NCBI RefSeq assembly: GCF_036971445.1
Contig: NC_091473.1
Coordinates: forward strand, 216,876,001 to 216,940,000
Source: Narcine bancroftii
Lineage: Eukaryota
DNA: 64,000 nucleotides
Direction of reading: 5' to 3'
Positions 25,901-39,514 of this stretch are shown piece by piece (within the stretch, counting starts at the first letter, position 1; every line of letters starts with the position of its first letter). The position numbers were made by a program, and so were the translations under genes. The notes under the pieces are model-generated. The model saw only the letters and a program-made list of their open reading frames with translations. It was not told the DNA's origin and did no database searches.

Positions 25901-25961
25901 GGGGAGATTGACGTTAATTACACTGAGTAAAGGAACAACTTCAATTAACCCCTTTATATCC
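25901..25961 (-). promoter_or_regulatory. Core promoter of paralog 2
   Basis: GGATATAAAGGGGTTAAT (TATAAA at 25953-25958) followed by TAATTAACGTCAATCTCC. Confidence 0.65.
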
Positions 25962-26929
25962 AGGCCGAGGTAACACCAAGGACAGGAGAGAACGGGGAAG
26001 CCGCCAGAACCCAGGATTTATATCTGTAGGTTTGTTTCTATTCAAATTACCCTCAGGCTTCCGGCCTGAACCATTCCGGATGACGAAAAACCGAGCAAGT
26101 TTTAAATATTAGCGTATCAACAGAAACCATGTCAAATAAAGATCATCAAATCCTGAAATTAGTCGTCAAAACTATACAACCTCCTTTCTCCAAATCTCTG
26201 GTAATTTTTAAACCTGAAGTGAAACTGTGGACATCGTTCGATCCACGACTGATTAATGTCCTTTGTTTTCGATTTGCAAACATCCCTTCAACGTTGAGTA
26301 TTAGTTGCACATTAATTCTAACCGATTGATTCGCAACAGGATTCATGCTGTTACCCGCTCGTAATGTGTTGCCCATACACCCTGTATATCTAGCAAGTTG
26401 CTTTGTCCTTCATTTGAAGTATAAAAACAAAACCTACGTTAATTTGATAAGATCGTCCCGTTTAATATCCCTTTGTGGCAAAAAGCAGTGAATTGTCGGA
26501 TGTAGATGGAGAGAACGGTTTTAGTTGAAGCGCCCTCTAATCTGGCGACTTTCACCCGATCCTTGACCTTTCAACTGTGCGCTGAGGACGGACCAACGTC
26601 AGATTTTATTTCTGCAATTTTCTTATAAATATTTTGCTTCAAAAGCAACTAATGCAGGATTTCTTTTCCGGCTGGCATGGTGTTAAAAAAAAATACAGAA
26701 GGAACAAATTGATTCACGTTGAATCCTGCGATGGATATTTGGGCTAATGCTTGTCAATTACGGTTGATGGTCATTTTGGTTCGTGGTTGTTTCTAAGATC
26801 CTGTGCTGAGGCACGTGGCTGGATCGCGGACATCCAGAGGATGTCTCGCATTCCTGAAATAACTCTCATTGCTGAACTTTCGGCCGCCTTCACATTCACT
26901 ATTAGTTAAATTTCTTTCCTAAATTTAGG

Positions 26930-27430
26930 GAAAAAAATCAGATATAATGTCAAAGATGTCGATTGTCTCGAGCACTGCCAGACTGAGGCCACCCGTGAAT
27001 TGAAGGAATCTTCCGCCTGGGCGTCCCTCAACTGGATGGTATTTATATGACTTTTCCGGTTTCAATTCAGCCATCCGGTCATTCGTTGTCTCTTTTCCTC
27101 CCGTTATCTCTCTCTCTCTATTCCCTTTTCCCTCTGTCCCCTTTCCACAGAGCCCTAACAGTCCCCACTCCTCAATCAATAGATCCTCCCCACTGTTAAG
27201 GATCTCTTCTTTCTCCTGTTCCATTCATCGCCAATTAATAGCTTTTGGTCTGTTGATCTGTTCTCTGCCTATTCCTCCTTCTCCAGCCTTTTATTCGTGT
27301 GCCTGCCTGCTTTTTGCTCATGTCTTGAAGAAGAACTCAGGCCTCAAACTATGGACGTTGTGAGACCTGTTGAAATCCTCCAGCATTCAAGTGTTTTACT
27401 ACAACCGCAGCGTCTGAATATTTTCTTGTT
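26930..27430 (+). mobile_element. Penelope-like element 3' fragment
   Basis: HCQTEATRELKE..FRLG..QLDG remnant followed by a pyrimidine-rich tail containing a GAAGAA..CTCAGGCC motif. Confidence 0.55.
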
Positions 27431-27539
27431 TCACTCGCCTTAATAGGCAGATGACAACGGATAAGGGGAACCAGGTGATAAGAAAATCACAGGACGTTTA
27501 CGTGGGGTTTATACAAATTCAACAAGGCCTCCTTTCTTG

Positions 27540-28075
27540 AGACAGGACTACAAAGGACAACCCGCACCATGACAACATTCTACAGGAGTGCAATTGAGAG
27601 TGTCCTGTCTGGCTGCGTCATTGTGTGGTATGGTATCTGCAACGTATCGGACCGGAAGTCAATATAGAGGATCCTTAAACATCTGAGAAGGTCACTGGGG
27701 TTTCCTTTTCCTCTATGATGACATTCACCGGACCGTTGCTTAAATAGTGTTCAGAGAAATATGGAAAATACTTCCCATCCACCGCAAGAGACCCTTCACC
27801 AACTACCATCAGGAAGGAGGTACAGTACTGCCAGGCTGGGAAATAGCTTCTTCCTGCAGGCTATGAGATTGATGACCAGTATCGTGTAAATTAGCGCTTT
27901 TATTGATGAAACGAGTAAATTATTCAAAATATTTCCAGCCCTATATTTATTTTGTATCTTTATATAAATGTGTAATTATTGCTTTGGATTATGTGTGTAT
28001 GCGTGTGCACCTTAGTCCGTAGAAACGCTGATTCATCTGGTTGTATATGTGTAGTCAGCTGATCATAAACGAAGA
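27540..28075 (+). mobile_element. Rex1/Babar-like LINE 3' fragment
   Basis: Remnants FYRSAIESVLSGCVIVWYG and LPSGRRY..SFFLQA. Confidence 0.7.
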
Positions 28076-28314
28076 AGAGAAGCGGACATTAGATTTAACA
28101 ATTTAATAATGTACTTTGAATCAGTTGATGAGGCATTCCGCGACCACTGGAAATGATAGACTGTGTGGGGTTGCAGGCTGAAAAGCGCTCTTCCAGTTCA
28201 GAGTCACGGCCCAGTGGATTGGAATTACAACTGCATGATGTGACACACGGAAAACATGACACACGAGAACATGGGTTCAGAAAAAAAGGTTTGAATATAT
28301 AGTTATTTTCGAAT

Positions 28315-29043
28315 TTACAGATTTAAGCAGTCTGGGGGTCTGGAGATCCTGGTGGAGTGCCTTAGCACTGGAGGGCCTTGAACTCCTGGCCCCCTTGTGA
28401 GGGAGGAGAGGTGGGCTGGGTTTCCAGCTCAAAGGTGCAGGGGGATGCACTTTCCTTCTGAACTGGATCCTTTGAGGCCCTGACTAGGGGGTGGCGAGAA
28501 TTAGTTCCATGGTTCGCAGGCCACTTGAGGCAACGGACCCGCTGTTCCAGTGGGTGCCAGGTCTCTGCTGGAGACAGTGTCTTCCCTGCCATCCGAGTAC
28601 TCCACATAGGTGTATGTGGGATTGGCATAGAGCAGTTTCACCCTTTCCACTAGGGGGTTGGTCTTGCTTCTCCTCATGTGCTTCCTGAGAAGGACTGGAC
28701 CAGGAGTAGTGAGCCAGGTTGGGAGTGTACTTCCAAATGCCGACCTTCTTTTGAAATTGAATAGGAGCTTGTGAGGAGTAGTGTTGTTCGCAGTACATAG
28801 TAACGACCGGATAGAATGGAGCGCCAGAGGGAGGACTTCCTGCCAGCGTGAGTTTGGAAGATCTTTTGACTTCCAGGCCAGCTGGACAGGCTTCCAGACT
28901 GTGGCATTCTCCTTTTCAACCTGCCCATTCTCCAGGAGGTTGAAGTTAGTAATCCTGCTGGATGTGATGCCCCTCACCAGCAGGTACTGACGTAACTTGT
29001 CACTCATAAAGGATGAGCCCCAGTCGCTATGATACCTGGTCAT
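28315..29043 (-). mobile_element. Gypsy/Ty3 LTR retrotransposon integrase C-terminal fragment
   Basis: HSDWGSSFMS...NGQVEKEN integrase core and terminal STRISRPPDCLNL*. Confidence 0.85.
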
Positions 29044-29064
29044 AATATCAACTGTTCGGTACAG

Positions 29065-29700
29065 GGTTTAAATGGCCTGTTAAAGGAGTCAACCATATTT
29101 ATTTTTCTAAATCCTGCACCACGGCTATCTGCTCTCAAGGCAGCAGCACTTCTGCTGGGCACCTTGCAGACTCCGGGGAAACAGTGGACTGAGGCCAGGG
29201 ACCAGAATCGGGAGGACCCCCCCCCCCCCACCCAAGGTTGTGAAGGAGAAACATGGGAAACGTTCCTACAAGGAAAGTGACAGAGAGGGCGGACCAATGG
29301 CTGAAGGACCTACACAGGCTGCGGGCTACTGGAGACCATATTATGAGAACCAGTTATCAAAAGAAGGATTCGAAAGTGTGCTGAGGACAAGAAGGGCTCC
29401 CTAAGGACCTTGGGCGCTGAAAGCTTTCTGGTTTTATTGGAGGTTTGGATCTGGAACTCAGGTTGCCGATGGTTTAAACAGGAGTCTGTCCGAGAGCAGA
29501 TGCTACGGGAGCACTGGAGGAGAATCCACAGACTCGGTGACTCTAAAGAGGGTCTCTTTTGCTTCTCTTTGCCTTATTGTTAGGGATGTCGGGCCATGGT
29601 CATGGTGACTATTTTGCCATTGGGCAGATAAAAGTAGGTGTACTATGAATATTGCATTTCTTGTCACGTGACAATAAAATGAACCTTGGAATCTTTTTAT
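29065..29700 (+). mobile_element. Non-autonomous retroelement (~630 bp), family also at 46650-47290
   Basis: AATGGCCTGTT 5' region and AATAAA..GGAATCTT tail shared with the reverse complement of 46650-47290. Confidence 0.55.
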
Positions 29701-30506
29701 AGTGACCTCTGCACCTCCCAGCCTTTACTGCACTGCAGTATTTGAGACGTTGTTGTACCTTCAAATGACGAGATGCCACATTATTCTGAAATGATTTGTG
29801 TTGGTGATGTGACTTCCTTTTGTGCGGACGATGCCTTCCAGTACCACTTAAGGTTTGCTGTCGACAGAGTTGTGTTATCTTGAAACGATTCGGAATTGTG
29901 TTATTAATTAGATTCTGAATTTTCTGGACCGCGATTGTGATCTTAAATTTTGATGAGATTTTACAGTTCTGGTATTCTATTGAGACTTCACTTTGATGTT
30001 AGGTTCTATTGCATTAGGCCACTTATATTTCGTTGTTTCCTCCGTTAGTTTCTATAGTCTTTGAGAATCTGAGTTTTGGTTCACTTTCTGCGTGTAAATA
30101 CTGCGGAACTTGATAAAATTTATGAAACCGAGGATCCAAATTGAATCCAGTTTTTTCTAAAATATAGGCGTTACTTTTTTTTATCTTGAGGTTTGAAGTG
30201 TTTGAAGTATTCGGTAACTTTTCTTTGATAATGAATTTCTGCACGAGTTGGCATTTGCAAAATTCTCTGTGAGAATAGAGTTCTTTATTGGGCCCAGATG
30301 AGACGGCAAAGCTGAATTCAATAGAGTTCCTTTCCCTGATTCATTTTTGAGAATTTTAATTACGAAGTGCTTAACTATCCAAGCAGGAACTTTTATTTTG
30401 GCAGGCGAGGGGCCTGCGGCTCGGGCGCTCTAACATTGCACAGAGTCCCAGAGAGCCAAGTTTTCCCACAAGGTCTGGAGGGTGGGATGGGACTCTCCAG
30501 TTCCTC

Positions 30507-31408
30507 TCAGCAATGGATGTATCTTGCAAGAAGCATGAAAGGGTATTTGACCACATCCTTCAGTTGCTCCTGGAACTTGGTCTGCGTGACGGCATAGAGA
30601 GCAGTGTTTGTGCAACAGTTCAAGAGCTGCAACATAAAGCATAAGTCTCGCATAGGTTCAGGTGGAAACACGGAGACATTACCCAGAAAACGCATTCGGT
30701 TCCATGCATAATAAATAGTAAACAGCGCCCACAAGATGATGAAATTCGCAGAGATGACCAACAGTAATATGAGCGATTTCCTCCGATTTGCCATTTCTGG
30801 GTCATGGGCGCAGTCCCCACGACTTGCAGCGTGGAGTCTCCTGCGGGCTCGACTCGCCACTAACACGTGTCTGATGGTCAGAGCATTGAACAGGAGAACC
30901 AGGATGAACGGGATTACAGGGGTGAGGATGTAATGAAGAAGCTCAATCCACCCCCAGATTTGCGATTCCAGAAGTCTGGCTCTCGGCATGCAAAACCAGC
31001 GGGCGTAAGCGAGGGAATATTCCGAGGTGAGCATGAAACACCAGTAAATGTTCTTTAAGCAGCTGAGAGCGGTCACTGTCCCCAGAACCACCAGCGCCGT
31101 TCTCTCGGTACAATAGTTAGTCTTCAGTTTCTGACAACAGATGGAGACGAATCGATCGAAGGTGAAGGTGACGGTGAACCAGACAGAACAGTCGGTGGCG
31201 GTGTACAGCAGGAAGGCGTGGACATCACACACGCGGATGGACCGCACGAAACCAAAGTAATCCCGATATGCAATTGGAATCTGCCTCAATATCACGTTGA
31301 GAAGAACGAGGCTGAGATCCGCCGCTGCCATAGCAACCAAGTATCGAGTGACAGTTTTGGAGAGACCGCATTTCCCCCGGGACATGATCACAATTGTTAA
31401 TATATTCA
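30507..31408 (-). CDS. GPR139/GPR142-like GPCR paralog 3, exon 2; spliced protein ~366 aa
   Basis: Intact paralogous ORF; AG acceptor at 31409-31410. Confidence 0.9.
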
Positions 31409-32708
31409 CTTTTTTTTTCAGGGGTCAAAACGAGAAAGGAATTATTAGGATGGGAACAAAGATAATAAATTCATTTAAAAAACTACATGCAAAGACGTTA
31501 TTATATAGTACATGCAATGCAATTGTATCTGCTGCCACAGTTAATATCTTGCAACAAAATGAAAGAGCAAATGGGAAATCGTGTTTTCTTGACAAATAAA
31601 TGAGAGGCGCTAATTAAAGATGTCCGACAAAGCTCGCTAATCATTGGATGATTCCTTGCATGACCTTTATATAAGCCAGAGCTGGGAGATTCTGATTCAT
31701 GTTTCCGACCAGTGCTTTGTGGTCCTGGGCATGTGTGCGCAAATAAGGCAAAAGACCTATGTCTTGGTTTTCCTCAGAGATACCAGATCAATGTGGGAAG
31801 GGGAAAAGTCCCGCGCTGGTGTCTATTCCTAAATATAACTCCGTATTCGTGAGTTAATATGGCAAATAAGATCAGGCTACTATTCCCGATCGTTACCCAA
31901 AGATACTGACAAGATAGTGGAATCGGCGAGGCTCCCTCTCCAGATCATGGTCTCCTTATGAAACAATATTGCAGTGATTATAACAGTCATGGGTTCGTAA
32001 TCAAATACACAAACAGCCCCTTCCCCCTACCATGAATCAATAACTCGTCTATGCTAATCCAGACACAAGAAACTGCAAGATCAAGAATGCTGAGCAAAAT
32101 TAAACAAAGTGATAGATGGGCTCAACTGTTCGGTCAGCATTTGTGGTGAGAAATTGACTCTTGACATTTCTGGTCGAAATCCAAACCTTTAACACACACC
32201 CGGACATTGTATTTCAGATTCCTCAGCAATCTGAACAAAAAACTCTATTATATATTCTCCGAAATTCTTGCATCTTCTTCTGAAACCATTTACTCCGGTT
32301 TTAGACATTTATTCCGTTGAACCTTCCTTCCAGACGTCCGTTTTATCTATTCACAAGATAAAGGAACAGGGCCATTCGACCCATCGAGTCTGCTCTGCAT
32401 CTCGACCCTGAGCTAAACTGTTCTTACATCTAGTTCCAAATTCCGGCCTTTTCCCCATATCCTTTAATGCCCTGACTACTTAGAAACCTATCAATCTCCT
32501 TTAGCTCCCCCCAATGATCGGGCCTCCACACCTGTATGCGGCAACGAATTCCACAAATCCACTACCCTTCAAAACATAACACATCCTATCAGTTCTCTAT
32601 AAGCCTCTTCAACTGAATAGAAAATAACCTCGTCTTTCGAGCCCCTCCTTATCAGTGACATTTTCCACCACAGACAGAATCCAATCAATGTCGTTTGAGC
32701 TCTCTCCA

Positions 32709-33030
32709 AGACAGACGTGACGCAACACCGCCTGACCTATTTTTACAAAATACTAATCTGCCACCGAACGTGAGTGTGGTAGGAACAGACGAGGGCACGC
32801 AACCCAATTTGTAGTGCCATCTTCCAACACAGACGTGTATGGTAATTCATTCTTCCCCCGTACAATTAAAGCCTGGAATAATCTTCACCCTACCATACTC
32901 ACACAACCAGACCCAGTTACATTTAAGACAGTTCTTCTTCAAATATCTCCTCCTTCAGTACACCCTCCCCCACCTCCAGTTTAAATTCCATGCGGAATGA
33001 TTTGGGGGATCAAGCACCAGGAACCAAGAA
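32709..33030 (+). mobile_element. 3' end of a divergent CR1-superfamily LINE inserted into an older minus-strand CR1
   Basis: Encodes GHATQFVVPSSNTDVYGNSFFPRTIKAWNNL; ACCAAGA-like tail; TSD CTCTCTCCA at 32700-32708 and 33031-33039. Confidence 0.7.
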
Positions 33031-33699
33031 CTCTCTCCAGTACAATTACACCCTTCTTACAACGTGCCGAACAGCATTTCACACAGAATTGCTACTATGG
33101 CCTTATCTATGCTTGACAAAATTGTAAAAGGGCCTTTGCTCATATTCCATTCCGCGAATGAATGCAAGCGTGTTTTCTATTCACTCCTTGATTTGCCTGT
33201 GCTTCCCATTTCAGGGATTTCCTGTCTTGTACACCGAGGCTTGTCTGTTCCCAAGAGCTTCCTTGAACAGAGTTCAATTCGATGTTATAATTTCACCTAA
33301 TTGAGACCAATTCATCATCATTTTGGGTTAAAATTTCTACTCACATTGGTCTGCCGCATGAAGCAGTGGTCAATATTATGCGCTTAAATAAAGACCTCAC
33401 CGTCAACAGTACCACGTAGTCTGCAACCCTATCTGCTATATCCCTGTCTAAATCAATGATGCGCATTACATATCGACAAATCGCAGTGTGACGGCACTGG
33501 AGCAGCACATAGATTCACATGGAGCATACTTGATGCTGAGAACTGTGTAGATAACACCTTTAGTGGTTAGATCGCGCCGCAGTTTAAAGGGTTAAGGAAC
33601 TATAAGGAACAGGTGACCAATGGGAAAACAGCAGCAGGAAGGTAATGCAGGAGACTTCGGTAATCTTCTCCTTCCATCTCTGGATGCTGTTCATGTGCA

Positions 33700-35725
33700 T
33701 AAAGGGGAGATAAATAGTTGCAGAATTATTAAGGAAAGGGATTCCTTGGGGAAGGGGATAGAGACAGGTACTTTTGTGGCCGCAAACAGGACTCCGGCTT
33801 GATATTGTGACTTCCAGGTTCAAGCCTCAAAGTTGTTTTCCAGCCGTTTCATGAAATTCTAGAGGGGATCCAGTTAGCGTAGTGGAAACAATACAGGATG
33901 AGGTCCTTCAAGCCGAATTTGGGGAACGAGGAAATAATTTATGTCGAACCACTGAGGTTGTAATTTCGGGGTTGCTACCAATCCCATATGCGAGTCAGAG
34001 CAGTAATAACAGGGTAGCTGAAACAAATACTCCTGTAAGCAATGCTTCTGGAGGGATAATTCGAACTCCTTGGAACCGGTTCGAGGAAAGTGGGATCAGA
34101 AAAACGAATACATTTGAGCGGAACAGAAATCCTCAGGACGTTTTTTTGAGTCTTGAGGGGGAGAATTTAATCTAATATAAAAGGGTAGGATTCCATGAAG
34201 AAAGGCAGGAGTAGGTCGTGTGGAAAACAAAGTTACGTTTGGAAAGATAAAAGCAAAAGCAGAAAAGAGAAAAGGCACGTGAAAAATACAAAATGATCAG
34301 TAGATTCTTAAATGAGCTTTCAGGAACCAGCAGATTCAGATATTGTCTGGAAAATTGCAAATGTCACCCCATTATTCAAAAAGAGAAGGCGGCAGTAGAA
34401 TGCAGAAAATAACTTGCAGACGGGTTAGCCTGATGTCAGTGGTTCTGAAAGTGTTGGGGTCAATTGTCAAACATGAGGCTGCCGAGTATTTGGAGGCACA
34501 TGACAAGCCAAAGCCAGCATGGTTTCGTGAAGGGTAAATCTTGCTGGACAAACCATTTGAAATTCTTTTCAGAACCGGCAAGCAAGCTGGATAAAGGAGA
34601 TGCAGTGGATGCTGTGTGCCTGCATTTTCAGAAGGCCCTTGACAACATGCCACACATAAGGCTGCTTAACAAGAGCGCATGGTAAAACAGGACACATACT
34701 AGCGTAGGTAGAGCATTGGCCGACAGGCAGGAAGCAGAGAGTTGAAATGCAGGGATCATATTCTGGTTGCCTGGCAGTTGCTGGTGTTCCACAGGAGTCG
34801 GTTTGGGGACGCTTTTTTGATGTATATTAGTGATTTAGATGAATGGCTTTGTGATAATGTTTGCAGATGATAGGAAGGTAGGTGGAGGAGCAGGTAATAT
34901 TGAGGCAGAAGGATGTAGACAGATTAGGAGAATGGGCAGAGAAGTAGCAAATTAAATACAATGACGGAAAGCGTAGGTCACGCACTTTGGTATATAATAA
35001 AACTAAACGGGCAGCCTACTTTCTAAATGGGGAGAAAATTGAAAATACCAAGATGCAAAGTGACCTAGGAATCGTAGTGCAGGATAACCTGCATGTTAAG
35101 ATGATGATGAAGAAGGCAAATGTAATTCTGACATTCATTTCAAGAAGAATATAAGAGATGTTGAGGCTTTACAAGGCATTAGTGACACCCCACTTGGACT
35201 TTAGTGAGCAGTTTTGGGCTTCTCATTTAAGAAAGGGTGAACCGACATCGGAGAAGGTTAAGAGGAGGATCATAAGGATGATCCTGAGAATGAAAGGGTT
35301 ATGATATGAGGGGTGTGTGACAGTTCTTGGCCTGTATTCATTGGAATTCAGGGAAATGCTGGAGTATCTCACAGAAATATTTCAAAAATTGAAAGACTTG
35401 GAGTGAGTAGATGTCTAAAGGTTGTTTCTCTTGGTGGGATAGTATATCATAAGATAGGATAACTTCATGATTGAGGGGTATCTGCTTAGAACAGACATAA
35501 AGGCATTTCTTTAAGCAGAGCGTGGTAAATCTGTGGAATTCATTGTGACAGGCAGCTGTGAAGGCAAAGATTGGTAGGTTCTTGATTAGCCAAGGCAGGA
35601 TAGAGGAGAAGGCCAGGCAGTGGGGCTGAGTGGAAAAATGGGTCAGCTCATGATTCAATGGTGGGGCAGACTTGATGTTCTGAATAGCCTATTACTGCTC
35701 TTATGAATTATGGACCTATGGTCTA
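33700..35725 (+). mobile_element. Degenerate CR1 LINE in intron of paralog 3
   Basis: SQHGFVKGKSC, FQKALD and FADD remnants, with a 3' tail. Confidence 0.8.
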
Positions 35726-36049
35726 ATGAGTGTGCATCTGAATGTCCATAGTATTCAAAACAAAGTCAATGAGCTTTTGCCATTACAGGGACATGACGTT
35801 TGGTTGGAGATTATAGGGAAATAAATATCAAGAGGAAGTAATGGAGGTGTGGTTGCACTCTCAATTAGGAGATCAAAGTGGCAGGGAGAAATGATGTATG
35901 TGCCCATGAGCTGAATGTTGAATGGAACGGGTAAAATCTATACTTTTATATGGTAATTTCTTCTGAAGTTGAGTAGTAGATGAACTGAGGCCTACCTGTA
36001 CAGCTGAATCCACGGAGTCGTTGTTGGGAGCCTCCAACCCTCAGAAGGA

Positions 36050-37413
36050 CTCCTGTCCATTCAAGCTTGACTTCGGAGCTGATCCTACAGTCGCAAGATG
36101 GCGCTGGCACTCTGGTGAGTTTGGTCGTAGCCGACTCACATGCATGTGAAGCCGTGTGCATGGGCGGCCCAACCGACAAAGGGGCCCGTGAGCCCACAAC
36201 ATTGTTGGGTGGCCCAAGGATGTGCAGTGTAGTGTCAGAGGGCGCTCCTGCATGTCCGGCGGTTCTGCCGAGCATGCATGGGGCATCCTGGGTCTCTGAC
36301 CTTTTGGAGAAAGTGTGGGCTGTGGGGGAACCTGAGCACCACACAGTCAAAGGACCTATGATGACTGAAGAAGAAGAGAAACTTACCTTATTGGAATTTG
36401 CCCAGGAGGAGGAGCCTGCAGTTAAAGAAGGAAGACCTCAAAAAGTGGCTATAGAATCTGGATAGGACTCAGTGTTCCCTGTTTTTGAAGGGATTGCTTC
36501 TCAAATAGATCATATGTCAAAACAAATGTCAACTCAAATGACCCAAGGATTTATGGAGGTGAAAACAAAAATGAATATCTTGTGTGATGAAATGTTAACT
36601 ATGAAAGAAGAAATGACTGTAGTTAAGAGTGATATTAATAGATGTATAAAAAAAGTGGATATCGGTTTTATTTTTTCCAAGGATGATTGGTTAGATATTT
36701 GTTATGATAGTGTAACTAGATTGATAAATGCACGTTATGCAATGATTAATTATAATTTTTTACATCAATTATACTTAACACCAGAAAAACTAAACGGTAT
36801 GATTTTCATGAATCAGATTTGTGCTTTAGATGTGGTAACTCTGTTGGAACATTTTTTCATGCGGTTTGGTTATATATATACACAATTTTTTTGGAAGTAA
36901 GTCCAATTGTTTCTAGAATACTTGTATAAGATTAAAATACCTTTAGATCCGACAGTATTTTTATTGGGTAGTTTGCAACCTCTGAAAGGTTTGGGATTAG
37001 ATAAGTTTCAACCTGCTTTTGTATATTTAGCATTATCTCTAGCAAAAAAATGTATTGCTAGTATGTGTAAAGATACAAATATGATTGATATTAATAGATG
37101 GCATAATGAGATGAAATATTGTTTAATAATGGAAAAAATTACGTTTCATGTGATAACTATAGTTTCTTTATTAATAAGTGGTTGTTATATTGAGAATATT
37201 TACATTTTGATTTATATTGATTAGATCTTAATATGTATGCATAATTTTTTTTCTCTTTATGGCTCTCCTTAGGAAAGTTGGCTGAAGGGGTGAATTCTTT
37301 TTTTTCTCTCTTTCTTTTATATATATAAAATATCACATTCATGTTTATGGTTTATTGTTATATATGTAACTTATTATCTGTATTTTGAATGAATAAATAA
37401 AGTTTAAAAAAAA
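36050..37413 (+). mobile_element. Internally deleted L1 of a second family (ORF1 start fused to ORF2 C-terminus)
   Basis: CAAGATGGCG 5' motif; coiled-coil-like peptide joined to NYNFLHQLYLTPEKL and LAKKCIA; AATAAA and poly(A) at ~37393-37413. Confidence 0.7.
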
Positions 37414-37659
37414 ATTTCCGTGATCCATTTTGCAATCTTTCATTTTCGATGATTCTCGACCTAGAACAAGGTGACCAGTGCTACACACAGTATTTCAAAC
37501 ATGACCTTATCAAGATCATATACATTCCATGGAGCGCCTGGGGTCTGTAATAAAGGAATAAATCATGAATCATTCATGTAAACTTGGTGTAATCACGTAA
37601 AGTTGATTTTGGGTTTTTTAAATGAGTCAATAATTTTGTTCATTTTTTTGAGTACTTTT

Positions 37660-38660
37660 CAAGAATATGTGCAGGAGAGGATGAGGGTAGAAAGGGAGGG
37701 AAAGAGAATGGGTTGGGTTAGGTGAGTAAAGTGCCAAAATGGGGTTAAGGGAACATAGAAGCATGAATCAGAAGCGGGACAAGTTACCTGAATTTGGAAA
37801 ATCAAAATTTATAGTCTCTGGAAAAATATCACCCAGGTAGAATAAAAAGTGTTATTTCTCTAGTTTACGGTGGAAATCACCCTGCCAGTAAAGAAGGCCA
37901 AGGGTGGATAGGTCGGTCTGGGAATTGAAATTGCATGCTACTGTGACCTCCCTACTGACTAATGTGGACCGAGCCCAAGGGGTCTTCAAGACGACCTCAA
38001 GTCTTCTCCTAGTCTATCTGATGTAGAGGAAGTTACATATTGAGTATCTATTATAGTGGAGGAGGGATACGCGAAACTTTTCCGAACCTAAAAGGGTTGT
38101 TTCGTCCCCTGATTGATAGTGAGGGAAGAGGTGTAAGATCAAGCGTTGCTCATTCTGCTGTTGCAAAACAAAGGTCATGGAGAGGCGAGTAGAGATGAGA
38201 AGGGGTGTGTAATGTTTGGCTTGTATTGCACCTGGCGGAAAATACGAAGAATGATAAGCTGAACCGGAGGCTGGTGGAATGAAAAATTAGGGTATCCTTA
38301 TCGCTGTTCTGTTTCGAGCGAGGGATTGAGTGCAGATCTCTGAGAAATGGAGAAAACGTGGGACCTCTGTTTCCTTGAAGTAGGAAGACCTTTCAGATGT
38401 CCTGGAATGGAAGCCATCATCTTGAGACTAGATGCGCAGGAGTTAGGGAACATGAGAGAAAGGGGTGGCAAGCTTACAGGAGTCAGGTTGGGACGATGTG
38501 CAGCGGAGGTAGCGATGGGAGTAACTTAGTTTGTCGTATCAGCGCAGATGGAGGCAGAGATCACTAGCAAGGATGGAGAACTATCAGAAATTCTGCAAAT
38601 AAATTTAAGAACGTGTTGAGGTTCATGGCTAGGCTTACAGAATTGAGGAGTTTGCAGGAG
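37660..38660 (-). mobile_element. Penelope-like element fragment (GIY-YIG region)
   Basis: Minus-strand LYI..TRRRL remnant and purine-rich end; highly degenerate. Confidence 0.5.
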
Positions 38661-38803
38661 TTCAGGAATATTTCGCGACCTTAAAATGACAGTTTTCGTG
38701 ATAACAGTTGGATAAAGTCGATTCCTGGCATTGCATTATACCGCTATCCTCTGATGGGGAAAGACCGAGAGACAAAATACCAAACCTGTGTGGGCGCAGT
38801 GGA

Positions 38804-38807
<4 letters not shown>

Positions 38808-38841
<34 letters not shown>
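38808..38841. repeat. (GA)n microsatellite
   Basis: Perfect GA run. Confidence 0.95.
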
Positions 38842-38843
<2 letters not shown>

Positions 38844-39514
38844 CATTTAAGACTGGTGAAAGATGAGGCGAATAGGGACAAGAAGTGATTAACTTATTAA
38901 TATATTAATGTTATAATTAATATATTTCACGGACTTCAAATTAACACAAATCAGAGGGCACAAAGCTCGGTAACAGGGCAGCTGGATATTGGAAACAGGC
39001 AGCAGAGTGTGCATGCAATTACTCTTCCTGGAGAATTGTAAGAGTACTGCCCAACGAGGGGTTAGAGACATAGTGGCGCCACAAAGATCGCCACTGACAC
39101 GCCAAACCAATCCAATGGACCGTTAGGCGGCTTTTTATCAGGGACTTTCGGAATGGTTGGAACGGAGAGAAGCGTGAACGAGATTCGTATTAGAGTTCGG
39201 ATGTGAAATATTTGGTGATTGGAACTGAAGGGGAAGATTAAGAATTTGAGATTGAAGGCGGCCTCCTGTCTTCCTGGCATTTACCTGGCAATAATGTTAA
39301 ATGAATAAAGACCATACAATAAATAAAATGGAGGCTCCTCCATCAACCGCGAGAGAGAGAGTACGTGACAAGAACCGTAAAACGGTTAGCAACTGTTCTC
39401 AATCACTGTTTGGAGTTCCGAACGTGCTAAAAACAAACATTTGGAAAGGAGGGTAAAGTTAGTAGCAATTGAGTAAATGGATTGCAAATATCACTGTCAG
39501 ACAAAGAGACTCAC

